Positions 41,226 through 50,657 of a stretch of 64,000 bases of DNA are shown here, in pieces. Source of the DNA: Elusimicrobiota bacterium (lineage in GTDB: Bacteria > Elusimicrobiota > Elusimicrobia > F11); assembly GCA_044221725.1 (NCBI GenBank), contig JBGAON010000001.1, positions 544,001 to 608,000 on the forward strand. The letters run 5' to 3'. The position numbers were made by a program, and so were the translations under genes. Each line of letters opens with the position of its first letter. Position 1 is the stretch's first letter. A model generated the notes under the pieces. It did no database searches, was not told the origin of the DNA, and worked only from the letters and a program-made list of their open reading frames with translations.

Positions 41226-44200
41226 TTAATTTACGATCACAAATTTCTTTTTGGTGACCGGCGAGCCATCTCCGAGATCCATCGTCGCGACGTACACGCC
41301 ACTGGAATACGCGCTGCGGTCCAACTGTTCCGTGTTCGGTCCGCTCGGGCGATCGCCTCGGACCTCACTGATCATGACACCGTCGCTGTTATAGATTCGG
41401 ATATGCACGTTTGATGGCTGCCGAAGTTCGTAGCTGATTTTAGGTGCGTCACCGGGCGCAAACAGTGTCTTGCCGCCCCCCGGGGCTCTTATCTCTTTCG
41501 GGCCTCCAGCTCCTGCGCGACCGACGGAAATTTCCACATCGTCCTGGCCCTGCAAAGAGCCATCCGAGGCGCTCAAGCGCAGTCGGTAAAGTCCTTCGCG
41601 GCCCAAATACACCGAGGTGTTCAACAAATGGGAATCGGTGAACTGAACGGGTGTCGGTCCACTGATAAAACTCCACTCGTAGGTCAGTTGTCCGTTCGGC
41701 AGTCCGTCGTCGGTCACCGTGCCCGCCAAGGTTGCGTATCCGGGTCCCGGAAGGTGTTGGTCCGGCCCCGCGTCGACGATCGGCGCACTGTTCGTTTTGG
41801 GAGTCGGCGCGGCTACGACGGTAACGATGATGTCGTCCGAACCGGTAAGTGCTCCATCCGTGTAAGTGGCACGCAGTTTGTAGACGCCTGGTTCGGTGAA
41901 CGAGGCGTTTTTACCGTCTTCGCTGAATTGAACTTTCGAGGCATCGCCCATCACGACACTCCATCCAACCCAACTCACTTGGTGCGGCGGATTGGGGAAG
42001 CCGTCGTCGGTAACATCCTTAACGACGAGATACGCTTGTGCGGGCAATTCAACAGTTTGTTCGTGCGTGGCGAGCGTGACAACCGGCGGCTGATTTGTAT
42101 GCGCCGCTGGATTGACAATGACAAACACCTCATCCATGGTCGCACTGTTCGTTGGATCGGTGTCAAGGTCCGTTGCGTACAGCCGGAAATGATATTCGCC
42201 CGTTGTAAGATTCGTTATCGACGGATGAAGAACAGTCGGGTCGCTAATCGTCGCTTTTTGTGTCCCCACGGTTTGAATCCATCGCAGCGCCATGCGCCCC
42301 GGAGGATTCGGCAATCCGTCGTCTTCGGCGGTGGAATCGCTAAACTGAAGGGGATCTCCGAGTGTAATGGTCTTATCCGCGCCAGCGTAAATGCGGGGGG
42401 CGTGATTAATATCGCGCACGGTCACGTTCGTGTCCGCGGACGCGGAAAGGTCGGAATCGGTGCACGTCAATCGCAGCACGTAATTTCCGATTTCGGAAAA
42501 TGTCGCTGATATCTTTTGGAATTCGCCAGACTGAGGGTCTGTCAACGTGACATTGCCGGGTCCGCTTTGTTTTGCCCACGTGCACGTAACTCGCGCCGGG
42601 GGATTCGGTAAGCCGTCGTCTTGCGCATAACCGGAAATCATTTCGAGCTGGTGAACCGTCGCAATCACCGGCTGGCTGCCATAGACGTGAGGCGGTTGAT
42701 TGTCAACCGGCGCCGGTGGAGGAAGTTCAACGTCGACCACGAGCATGGCATTGTTTACGAGTTGGGAATCGTTACCGGTCAAGAACAACGTGTAACGACC
42801 ACCGACCGGGAATTTTGCGCGTGTTCTCGGATCATCGGCATTTTCAAAGATTGTTTGTGCCGGCCCGTCGTTTTGACGCCAGTGTGCGGTGACGACACCC
42901 GGAGGGTTTGGCAAGCCGTCATCCGTTACGGACCCTTGCAGTTGCGTCCACTCGTCTCTGTGGGTGCGAATTGCTGGACCCGCATTTACAACGGGAGGTT
43001 GATTTGCCGGAGGAATTGGTCCTTGTGGCTCGACGGTAACGGTGACATCGTCTGTGGCGGTGCCGGTTCTGTTTGTTGCCGCGAGGCGTATCGTGTACGT
43101 GCCAGGCGTTGTGAACCGTGCGGTTGTCTGAAGCGCGTAATAGTCGCCGAAAGTAATTTCTCCCGGACCGTTTACTTTGGACCAATATTGACTGCTTGCG
43201 TTCGTTGCTTGTCCGTTTAGATTCGCTTGTTGGGGAAGCGTAATCGATTGGTCGGGCCCCGCATTGACCGTGGGGGCTGGGGGCAGAACTTCGACGGTGA
43301 CATTTTTGTAAGAGGTCAATTCGCCATCGTAGCCCATTAACTGAAGCACGTAATTTCCGGCGGCTGAAAAAGTTGCTTGGGTTTGTCCTTCCGTTGGATC
43401 AAAAAACACGACATTGCCCGGCCCATCTTGCTTGGACCAACTCCAGGAAGGCTTTCCAGGGACAACAGGGATTCCGTCGTCAGCCACTGTATAGGCAATC
43501 ACGGCCGGGCTATTGAAAGCCACTGTTTGAACAGCGGGAGAAGCCGTTATTTGAGGAGCGCGGTTGTTCGGAGATGAAAAAGTTACCTCAACATCGTCCG
43601 TGGTGGTCAGTAATCCGTCGGTGGCTGTGAGACGTAAAACATAAACGCCCGCGTTATCGGAATCAATGAGCGTCGATAGCGAATTCGCATTTCGAATTGT
43701 GACACGACCGGGCCCACTTATTTTGGTCCATGTGATTGTTAAGGGCCCAGGAATTCCATCGTCGGTTGCTGTCCCTTCAAGCTGAACTGTTGTGGGGTAC
43801 GTAACATTCCGATCCGGGCCTGCGTTTACGACGGGCGCCTTGTTTGGCGAAACCGTCACCGCGACGTTATCGGTTACGAGACGGTTCCCGACGGGATCCC
43901 ATCCGCGGATCTCGAGCATATACGTTCCTTCCATCGAAAAGGTCGCGGTTGTATCGAGCGCCTGACTATTGGCCCAACTGACGGAGCCTGGCCCGCTTGT
44001 TTTGTACCAACCAACGTTCGAAATCCGACCCGCTGCGGTTGCGTGCAGAGATGCGTTTGTCGGGTAGATAATGGATAGGTCCGGGCCTGCGTCGATCATA
44101 CTTTTGATGGTGACCGTCGTGTCATCGGATGCGGTTGCCGCGCCATCGTCAGCGGTAAGACGCAATTGATAGGTTCCGACAACAGGAAAAGAGGCGGCGG

Positions 44201-45611
44201 TGTCGACCGCGTTCGCGTTCGTGAACGAAACCGCTGCGGGCCCGCTCACCTGTGTCCACGTTGTTGTAACCGCTCCCGGCGGGCTGGGGAATCCATCATC
44301 GGTGACGGTTCCATTTAAATTGAGCCGGTCGTTTGGAAAGCCCGTCTGATCGGGACCAGCATCGACGGACGGTGGGGCGTTGGCCGAAATCATCACCGTG
44401 TCTTCGCTCGAAACCAAGCCGTCGCTTGCGGTGAGTTTTAACCAATACGTGCCACCGACCGTGAAATGGACGGACGTTGCAGCCGAGTGCGGATCATCAA
44501 ATGTGACGGATCCCGAAAGAGGTCCGCTGAGTTTGCTCCACGTCACTGTCAACGTCGGTGGGAGCGGCAATCCGTCATCCGTCGCGGTTCCGTTTAATAC
44601 GGCGGCGCCCGGCATGTTGATCTTCTGATCTTCGCCTGCGTTGACAACCGGGTACGAATTGCTTCGGATGAGCAGGTCATCGGTCCCGCTAAGTTGTCCG
44701 TCGTTTGCATCCAGCATCAACCTATAGGTTCCTGGAAACGAAAACGTCACTGTGGTGCGCGCCGAATGCGGGTCCGCAAATGTTGCCACGCCCGGTCCTT
44801 CAAGTTGGATCCACGTATAAGTCAATTTGCCAGGCACCGCGGGTTCTCCATCATCGGTGGCGGAGCCCGTTAACGTCACCGCATCACGATAATTGTTGAT
44901 CATTTGATCGGCACCCGCATTCACGAGCGGGCGACGGTTCTCTTCGGGCGGATAGTTCACGTCAAAATTTACGGTGTCTGACACTGTGGAAATTTGGTCG
45001 GTTGCGGTGAGTTTCAAAACGTAATGGCCGTTGCCGGAGAACGCCACGTTGGTCTCAACATCTTGTGCATTCGCAAATGCAACGTCCCCTGGTCCACTTT
45101 CGAGAGACCAACTCCAGCTGAACGACGGGTTCGGAATGATTTCATCAAACACCGATCCCTGCAGCCGAGCATGATCGGAAGAGATGGATTGGTCGGGACC
45201 AGCGTCCACAAATGGCGGCTTGTTTACGAGTGGGACCTCCCAATAGGTTTGAACTCCCGACTCGGTGAGGTGGCCTTGGGCATCCCTTGATTTGACGATA
45301 TACGAGCCAGATGCCCAGCGTTGAACAATAGTGGCAGGAATTATGTCCCCGTGGTGATAAGCCATTTGGGGCTTGAGTGGCGTATTTAGCCAGCCATTAT
45401 AAAAAGTAAGGTAGCTGCTTTGCGAATCGGCAGGAACATTGGTGTCCCACCACAGGTAAACCGCGTCCATCCCATAATATTTTCCGACTTCGTAATGAAC
45501 ATTTGAAATTATAGGTCCGTCGGCGTGCGCGAGAGTTAGCGAAAAAATGGAAGTCGCAATCAAGCCCCATAATTTGCCGCGATTTCTCAGCGTAGATTTT
45601 CCAGTATTCAT
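41226..45611 (-). CDS. Secreted adhesin-like protein with N-terminal FN3-like domain, about 13 PKD/K319L-like repeats and a T9SS-CTD/FlgD-like tail (copy 2)
   Basis: Signal peptide ending AHA; same repeat consensus; tail IRIYNSDG...YSSGVYV...KKFVIVN. Confidence 0.85.
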   Translation of the reverse strand: MNTGKSTLRNRGKLWGLIATSIFSLTLAHADGPIISNVHYEVGKYYGMDAVYLWWDTNVPADSQSSYLTFYNGWLNTPLKPQMAYHHGDIIPATIVQRWASGSYIVKSRDAQGHLTESGVQTYWEVPLVNKPPFVDAGPDQSISSDHARLQGSVFDEIIPNPSFSWSWSLESGPGDVAFANAQDVETNVAFSGNGHYVLKLTATDQISTVSDTVNFDVNYPPEENRRPLVNAGADQMINNYRDAVTLTGSATDDGEPAVPGKLTYTWIQLEGPGVATFADPHSARTTVTFSFPGTYRLMLDANDGQLSGTDDLLIRSNSYPVVNAGEDQKINMPGAAVLNGTATDDGLPLPPTLTVTWSKLSGPLSGSVTFDDPHSAATSVHFTVGGTYWLKLTASDGLVSSEDTVMISANAPPSVDAGPDQTGFPNDRLNLNGTVTDDGFPSPPGAVTTTWTQVSGPAAVSFTNANAVDTAASFPVVGTYQLRLTADDGAATASDDTTVTIKSMIDAGPDLSIIYPTNASLHATAAGRISNVGWYKTSGPGSVSWANSQALDTTATFSMEGTYMLEIRGWDPVGNRLVTDNVAVTVSPNKAPVVNAGPDRNVTYPTTVQLEGTATDDGIPGPLTITWTKISGPGRVTIRNANSLSTLIDSDNAGVYVLRLTATDGLLTTTDDVEVTFSSPNNRAPQITASPAVQTVAFNSPAVIAYTVADDGIPVVPGKPSWSWSKQDGPGNVVFFDPTEGQTQATFSAAGNYVLQLMGYDGELTSYKNVTVEVLPPAPTVNAGPDQSITLPQQANLNGQATNASSQYWSKVNGPGEITFGDYYALQTTARFTTPGTYTIRLAATNRTGTATDDVTVTVEPQGPIPPANQPPVVNAGPAIRTHRDEWTQLQGSVTDDGLPNPPGVVTAHWRQNDGPAQTIFENADDPRTRAKFPVGGRYTLFLTGNDSQLVNNAMLVVDVELPPPAPVDNQPPHVYGSQPVIATVHQLEMISGYAQDDGLPNPPARVTCTWAKQSGPGNVTLTDPQSGEFQKISATFSEIGNYVLRLTCTDSDLSASADTNVTVRDINHAPRIYAGADKTITLGDPLQFSDSTAEDDGLPNPPGRMALRWIQTVGTQKATISDPTVLHPSITNLTTGEYHFRLYATDLDTDPTNSATMDEVFVIVNPAAHTNQPPVVTLATHEQTVELPAQAYLVVKDVTDDGFPNPPHQVSWVGWSVVMGDASKVQFSEDGKNASFTEPGVYKLRATYTDGALTGSDDIIVTVVAAPTPKTNSAPIVDAGPDQHLPGPGYATLAGTVTDDGLPNGQLTYEWSFISGPTPVQFTDSHLLNTSVYLGREGLYRLRLSASDGSLQGQDDVEISVGRAGAGGPKEIRAPGGGKTLFAPGDAPKISYELRQPSNVHIRIYNSDGVMISEVRGDRPSGPNTEQLDRSAYSSGVYVATMDLGDGSPVTKKKFVIVN

Positions 45612-45631
45612 CGGTTCCCCCGGTCACAATC

Positions 45632-45704
45632 TGTAAACGTCTTGTAACAGAGTAGCTTCTGCGCAGAGAAGATCGCATTAAGGGCGGATTAAAAATCGAC
45701 GAAG
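45632..45704 (-). promoter_or_regulatory. Conserved 73-bp upstream element of PKD gene, copy 2
   Basis: Near-identical to 36952-37024. Confidence 0.6.
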
Positions 45705-45768
45705 TTTAAGGTTTACGACGGGAGAGTGTCGTCTGTGCTTCGACTGGGTAGACCGTAAAACTGCTTGG

Positions 45769-45803
45769 ATAGATGTAAAAAATGCGGCATTATTTGCATC
45801 TAT
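45769..45803. promoter_or_regulatory. Imperfect 17-1-17 palindrome overlapping the ATPase start (putative operator)
   Basis: ATAGATGTAAAAAATGC-G-GCATTATTTGCATCTAT, 2 mismatches. Confidence 0.5.
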
Positions 45804-46953
45804 GTTGACACGTCAACTCGCTATTCCGAAAGACTCCTTCTTTTTGTTGGGTCCACGGGGAACCGGTAAGAGCACATTATTAAGACATTGGTTTCCCAAT
45901 GCGCTTTGGTTTGATCTGTTGAGCCAGCAAGAAGTTTTTAATTTGCTTCGGTCTCCTTCCTACTTCTCCGATGCTGTGCAGGCACAACCAAAAGGAACGT
46001 GGATCGTGGTTGATGAGATTCAGAAAATTCCTTCGTTATTGGACGAAGTCCACCGTCTTATCGAAACCAAACGCTACCGGTTTGCTCTTTCGGGATCGAG
46101 CGCTCGTAAATTGAAAAGAGGTGGGGCCAATATGCTGGCAGGGCGAGCGTTGGTTTACCACTTGCATCCTCTGACGTGGACCGAACTAAACGGAGGATCG
46201 ACTATTTCCAATGTGCTGCAATATGGGACGTTGCCGCGAATAATTCTCGAAAAAGATTACTCGCTAAGACACGAACGGTTGCGCGCTTATGTCGGAACCT
46301 ATTTGTCCGAGGAAATAAAAGCCGAAGCTGTCACACGCAACCTCGAATCGTTCCACCGTTTTCTCTCGGTTGCCTCATTAGCAAACGGGCAGGTAACGAA
46401 CTTATCGAACATTTCGAGAGACGCTGGAATTTCCAGATCGACGATCACTTCCTACTTCAGCATTCTTGAGGATACGCTGCTCGGCTCTTTCCTGCCCTCG
46501 TGGCAACCGCGCATGCGAATGAAGGAGGTCAACCATCCGAAATTTTATCTCTTCGATTGCGGCATTTTTCGAGCGTTAACGGATCGCGTGGATGAAAAGC
46601 CGACGCCCGAGGAAAGAGGCGTCTTGCTTGAGACACTCGTTTTTCACGAACTGAAGGCCCGCCTGGATTATGGCCGGGGCGGCGGAAGCCTGCATTACTG
46701 GCGTACACACGACGGAGTGGAAGTTGATTTTGTCTGGAAGAAAGGCAACAAACTTGTCGCCATTGAAGTGAAAGCGGCCGACGTGTGGAAGCCGGGTTTT
46801 GGAAAGGGGCTCTTAACGTTTCGGGAAAACAACAAGGCAACCACGTGTGTGGGCGTTTATCTTGGAACGAAAAAACTGGCACAGAAATTTGGTGTGGTTT
46901 ACCCTTTCGAGCAATTTGCTTCGCACCTTCGCTCGGGCACGCTTATTAAATAG
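45802..46953 (+). CDS. AAA_14 ATPase with DUF4143 / C-terminal PD-(D/E)xK-like domain
   Basis: GPRGTGKST, VDEIQK, SGSS, LAGR, YGTLP, PKFYLFD.G, YWRT..G.EVDFV...AIEVK. Confidence 0.88.
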   Translation: MLTRQLAIPKDSFFLLGPRGTGKSTLLRHWFPNALWFDLLSQQEVFNLLRSPSYFSDAVQAQPKGTWIVVDEIQKIPSLLDEVHRLIETKRYRFALSGSSARKLKRGGANMLAGRALVYHLHPLTWTELNGGSTISNVLQYGTLPRIILEKDYSLRHERLRAYVGTYLSEEIKAEAVTRNLESFHRFLSVASLANGQVTNLSNISRDAGISRSTITSYFSILEDTLLGSFLPSWQPRMRMKEVNHPKFYLFDCGIFRALTDRVDEKPTPEERGVLLETLVFHELKARLDYGRGGGSLHYWRTHDGVEVDFVWKKGNKLVAIEVKAADVWKPGFGKGLLTFRENNKATTCVGVYLGTKKLAQKFGVVYPFEQFASHLRSGTLIK

Positions 46954-46960
46954 ATCGATT

Positions 46961-47179
46961 TTACGATCGGGTTGTTTCGTGGCCTGACGCGTCGATGACG
47001 GGGGTGCCTTCCAATGAGGCGGCCGACTTTGATTTGTCGACGTATTTGAGAGGATCGTTTATGAAAGCTTGCTGACAAACATCGCTGCAGAAATAAAAAT
47101 CGCGGTCGCCATAGGTGGCTTTCAGCGCGTTATTTGGATTGACGCTCATGCCGCAAACGGGATCTTTTACGTTTTCCAT
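46961..47179 (-). CDS. YHS domain protein
   Basis: KDPVCGMSV...YGDRDFYFCSDVCQQAFINDPLKY. Confidence 0.85.
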   Translation of the reverse strand: MENVKDPVCGMSVNPNNALKATYGDRDFYFCSDVCQQAFINDPLKYVDKSKSAASLEGTPVIDASGHETTRS

Positions 47180-47183
47180 TTTT

Positions 47184-47372
47184 CTACTTTTTGTTGTGCA
47201 AGCTGGTGGTTCCGGAGCTGTAGCCCGGAGACTGGTCGAGATAACGGAACGGATTTGCGAAAAAGCGTTCTTGGCAGATCTCGCAACAAAACGAATACAT
47301 TCGGTCTCCGTATTGTCGGCTTATTACCTTCTTATTATTTAGTTCGTTTCTGCACACCAGATCGTAAACCAT
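47184..47372 (-). CDS. YHS-like domain protein
   Basis: DLVC...YGDRMYSFCCEICQERFFANPFRY. Confidence 0.7.
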   Translation of the reverse strand: MVYDLVCRNELNNKKVISRQYGDRMYSFCCEICQERFFANPFRYLDQSPGYSSGTTSLHNKK

Positions 47373-47479
47373 ATTTCTTCCCTTTTCGTTAAGTTTTGCG
47401 GCGAGCTATATTTCATACGCGCAAGTTCCGAAAAAGTGCGAGCGTCGATCGCCGTCGAGGAATTTTGTAGATTGCCGCT

Positions 47480-50215
47480 ATGGATTCTTACCGATCGAAA
47501 TCATTATTGAATTTGAAAAATCAAGCCGTTTCGTTTTTTGACTTAAACGCGCTCAAACGGGCCAACGTTGGCCACATCGAAAAACTTCCGTTCACGATAA
47601 AAATTCTGCTCGAGAATCTTTTGCGGCAAGAAGACGGCGCGAATGTCACCAAAGACGATATTGCGGCGGTCGCATCGTGGGATCCCGCCAAAGCGAGCGA
47701 CAAAGAAATTTCGTTTATGCCGGCGCGCGTGATCCTTCAAGACTTTACCGGCGTTCCGTGCGTTGTGGACATGGCGTCCATGCGCGATGCGGTCAAGCAG
47801 ATGGGCGGTGACCCAGAGAAAATAAATCCTTTGCAGCAAGTGGATCTGGTGATCGATCACTCGGTGCAAGTGGACCGGTTTGGAAGCGCGAATGCGTTCG
47901 ATGAGAACGTGAAGATTGAATATCAGCGCAATAGCGAGCGCTATTCGTTCCTTAAGTGGGGGCAGAAGTCGCTGAAGAATTTCCGCGTGGTTCCTCCGGG
48001 CACGGGTATCGTGCATCAGGTGAATTTGGAATATCTCGGTCAAGTGGTTTACTCGCGCGCGGAGAACGGTGCGTCGGTTGTTTTTCCGGATACGGTCATA
48101 GGCACCGACTCGCATACCACGATGATTAATGGCCTCGGGATTGTGGGTTGGGGTGTCGGTGGAATCGAAGCCGAGGCCGCGATGCTTGGCCAGCCAGTGT
48201 CGATGCTTATTCCTGAAGTTGTTGGATTTAAATTGCATGGTCGTTTGCCCGAAGGGGCGACCGCCACGGATCTCGTGCTCGTTGTGACGCAAATGCTGCG
48301 CAAAAAAGGGGTTGTTGGAAAATTTGTGGAGTTTTACGGCAAAGGCCTTTCGAACCTTTCTTTGCCGGACCGCGCCACGCTCGCGAACATGGCGCCGGAA
48401 TACGGAGCGACCGTTGGCTTTTTCCCAGTGGATGAAGAAACACTCTCGTATTTGAAACTCACAGGCCGTTCGGAAGAATCGATCGAGCTTGTGCGCGCAT
48501 ACACAAACGTGCAGGGTCTTTTCCGTACCGATGCTACGCCCGATCCTATTTATTCGGACACGCTCGAGCTTGATCTTTCGTCGGTAAAGCCCAGCGTCGC
48601 TGGCCCGAAGCGTCCGCAGGATCGTGTGAATTTGTCGGATGCAAAGAAATCTTTTGAAGATGCGTTGCCGACTCTGTCGAAGAAGGGCCCTCGCCCTAAC
48701 CCTCCCCCTGAAGGGAGAGGGAATCCTGTTTCTGAAGAAGGTCATCCCCTCTCCCTTCAGGGAGAGGGTGCCCCGCGAAGCGGGGCGGGAGAGGGGTTAT
48801 CCGACGGATCTGTGGTCATTGCTGCGATCACGAGTTGCACGAATACTTCGAACCCCAGCGTTTTGGTTCAAGCGGGACTGCTTGCAAAAAAAGCGTCGGA
48901 CCTCGGGCTCAAAACCAAGCCGTGGGTGAAAACAAGTCTCGCGCCGGGCTCGAAAGTTGTGATCGATTATTTGCAGGAAGCAAAATTGCTCGAGCCGCTG
49001 GAGAAATTGGGATTTTATTGTGTCGGGTACGGATGCACCACGTGCATCGGAAATTCCGGGCCGCTGCCGGATGCCGTTGAGAAACCAATCAAAGAGAACG
49101 ACTTGGTTGTTTCGTCCGTGCTGTCGGGCAATCGAAATTTTGAGGGCCGCATTCATCCGTCGGTGCGCGCGAATTATTTGATGAGTCCGCCGCTCGTGGT
49201 GGCGTACGCGCTGGCCGGCAGTATGAAGATCGATATCACGACCGAGGCCATCGGCCAAAGCAAAGAGGGGAAGCCCGTCTATTTGAAAGATATTTGGCCC
49301 ACGCAGCAGGAAGTTCAGCAAGCGGTGCGCGGTTCCGTGAAGAAAGATTTGTTCGATAAAGAATACGCGAAGGTTTTTGACGGCGACAAATCGTGGCAAG
49401 GCGTGCCGGCTCCGCAGGGAAATCGTTTCGCTTGGGAAGAGAATTCCACGTACGTTCGCCGCGCGGCATTTCTCGAGAACATCCCAAAGACACCAGCGCC
49501 CGTGAAGGACATTAAAGGCGCGCGGGTGTTGGCCTATCTTGGCGACTCGGTCACGACCGATCACATTTCGCCGGCCGGTTCCATTGCCGTCGACAGCCCG
49601 GCCGGCAAATATTTAATTGCCAAGGGCGTTCAGAAGCCGGACTTTAATTCGTACGGCGCCCGTCGCGGTAATCACGAAATAATGATTCGCGGCACGTTCG
49701 CGAACGGCCGAATAAAGAATCAGCTCGTGCCAGGCGTTGAGGGGGGCATCAGCAAGAGATTTCCCGAAGGAACTGTTGCTCCTATTTATGACGTGGCGAT
49801 GGCGTACGCGAAAGAGCACACGCCGCTCGTTGTTTTGGCCGGAAAAGAATACGGCTCCGGCTCATCGCGTGATTGGGCCGCAAAAGGAACGATGATGCTC
49901 GGAGTAAAAGCGGTTATCGCGGAGAGCTATGAGCGTATTCACCGTAGCAACCTCGTAATGATGGGCGTTCTGCCGCTGCAATTGCCAGACGGAAAAAACG
50001 CAGCGTTCTTTGGGCTCACGGGAGAAGAAACATTTGATATTTCGGGTGTCGAGTCGAACTTAACACCGCTAAAGGTGTTGAAAGTCAAAGCCACAGCGCC
50101 GGACAAGTCGGTGAAAGAGTTCAACGTCGTCATGCGCATCGATACGCCCAAAGAAATCGAATACTACCAGCACGGCGGCATTTTGCCGTATGTGCTTAGG
50201 CAAATTTTGAAGTAA
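47480..50215 (+). CDS. acnA: Aconitate hydratase A, carrying an in-frame palindromic insert
   Basis: LQDFTGVP, IDHSVQVD, GTDSHT, AITSCTNTSNP, GCTTCIGNSG, TTDHISPAG, GSSRDWAAKG. Confidence 0.97.
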   Translation: MDSYRSKSLLNLKNQAVSFFDLNALKRANVGHIEKLPFTIKILLENLLRQEDGANVTKDDIAAVASWDPAKASDKEISFMPARVILQDFTGVPCVVDMASMRDAVKQMGGDPEKINPLQQVDLVIDHSVQVDRFGSANAFDENVKIEYQRNSERYSFLKWGQKSLKNFRVVPPGTGIVHQVNLEYLGQVVYSRAENGASVVFPDTVIGTDSHTTMINGLGIVGWGVGGIEAEAAMLGQPVSMLIPEVVGFKLHGRLPEGATATDLVLVVTQMLRKKGVVGKFVEFYGKGLSNLSLPDRATLANMAPEYGATVGFFPVDEETLSYLKLTGRSEESIELVRAYTNVQGLFRTDATPDPIYSDTLELDLSSVKPSVAGPKRPQDRVNLSDAKKSFEDALPTLSKKGPRPNPPPEGRGNPVSEEGHPLSLQGEGAPRSGAGEGLSDGSVVIAAITSCTNTSNPSVLVQAGLLAKKASDLGLKTKPWVKTSLAPGSKVVIDYLQEAKLLEPLEKLGFYCVGYGCTTCIGNSGPLPDAVEKPIKENDLVVSSVLSGNRNFEGRIHPSVRANYLMSPPLVVAYALAGSMKIDITTEAIGQSKEGKPVYLKDIWPTQQEVQQAVRGSVKKDLFDKEYAKVFDGDKSWQGVPAPQGNRFAWEENSTYVRRAAFLENIPKTPAPVKDIKGARVLAYLGDSVTTDHISPAGSIAVDSPAGKYLIAKGVQKPDFNSYGARRGNHEIMIRGTFANGRIKNQLVPGVEGGISKRFPEGTVAPIYDVAMAYAKEHTPLVVLAGKEYGSGSSRDWAAKGTMMLGVKAVIAESYERIHRSNLVMMGVLPLQLPDGKNAAFFGLTGEETFDISGVESNLTPLKVLKVKATAPDKSVKEFNVVMRIDTPKEIEYYQHGGILPYVLRQILK
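48688..48796. repeat. REP-like palindrome doublet inside acnA
   Basis: CCCTCGCCCTAACCCTCCCCCTGAAGGGAGAGGGA ... TCCCCTCTCCCTTCAGGGAGAGGGTGCCCCGCGAAGCGGGGCGGGAGAGGGG; same family as the repeats at 50239 and 50613. Confidence 0.9.
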
Positions 50216-50238
50216 TAAAGCAGAACCCCTCCTCTGAT

Positions 50239-50657
50239 TGTATTCCCTCTCCCTTTAGGGAGAGGGTTAGGGAGAGGGAAAGATGCGGCAATTCGCAAAG
50301 AATCTGCGGAAGGATCAAACCGATGCAGAAAATCGACTTTGGTTTTTCCTGCGAAACAAGAGATTGGGCGGACACAAGTTTTATCGCCAGTTTGTTTTTG
50401 GTCCTTATATCGCTGATTTTTGTTGTCGGAGAAAAGGGTTGATCATTGAGCTCGATGGAGGGCACCATGCGGAAGCGAAACTCAAAGATGCGATTCGAAC
50501 AGAATATCTGCGAAGGCGGGGATTTAAGGTTCTCCGGTTTTGGAATAACGAAGTGATGAAGAATGTGGAACTGGTTTTGGAAGTGATTCTGAAAAATCTT
50601 GGTGCTGGGGACTCTTTCCCTCACCCTAACCCTCTCCCTAAAGGGAGAGGGGATACA
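50239..50657. mobile_element. Putative mini-element: DUF559 gene flanked by 45-bp inverted repeats (50239-50283, 50613-50657)
   Basis: The left arm matches the reverse complement of the right arm at 43/45 positions; each arm has the internal hairpin CCCTCTCCC-TTTA-GGGAGAGGG. Mobility is inferred, not shown. Confidence 0.65.

Noticed and set aside
31546..45611. Diversity-generating retroelement or shufflon behind the paralogous cassettes
   Set aside because: No reverse transcriptase or recombinase is present; the differences look like ordinary divergence rather than adenine-specific changes.
30884..47400. Prophage or ICE at tRNA-Leu
   Set aside because: No integrase, phage structural, relaxase or conjugation genes were recognised.
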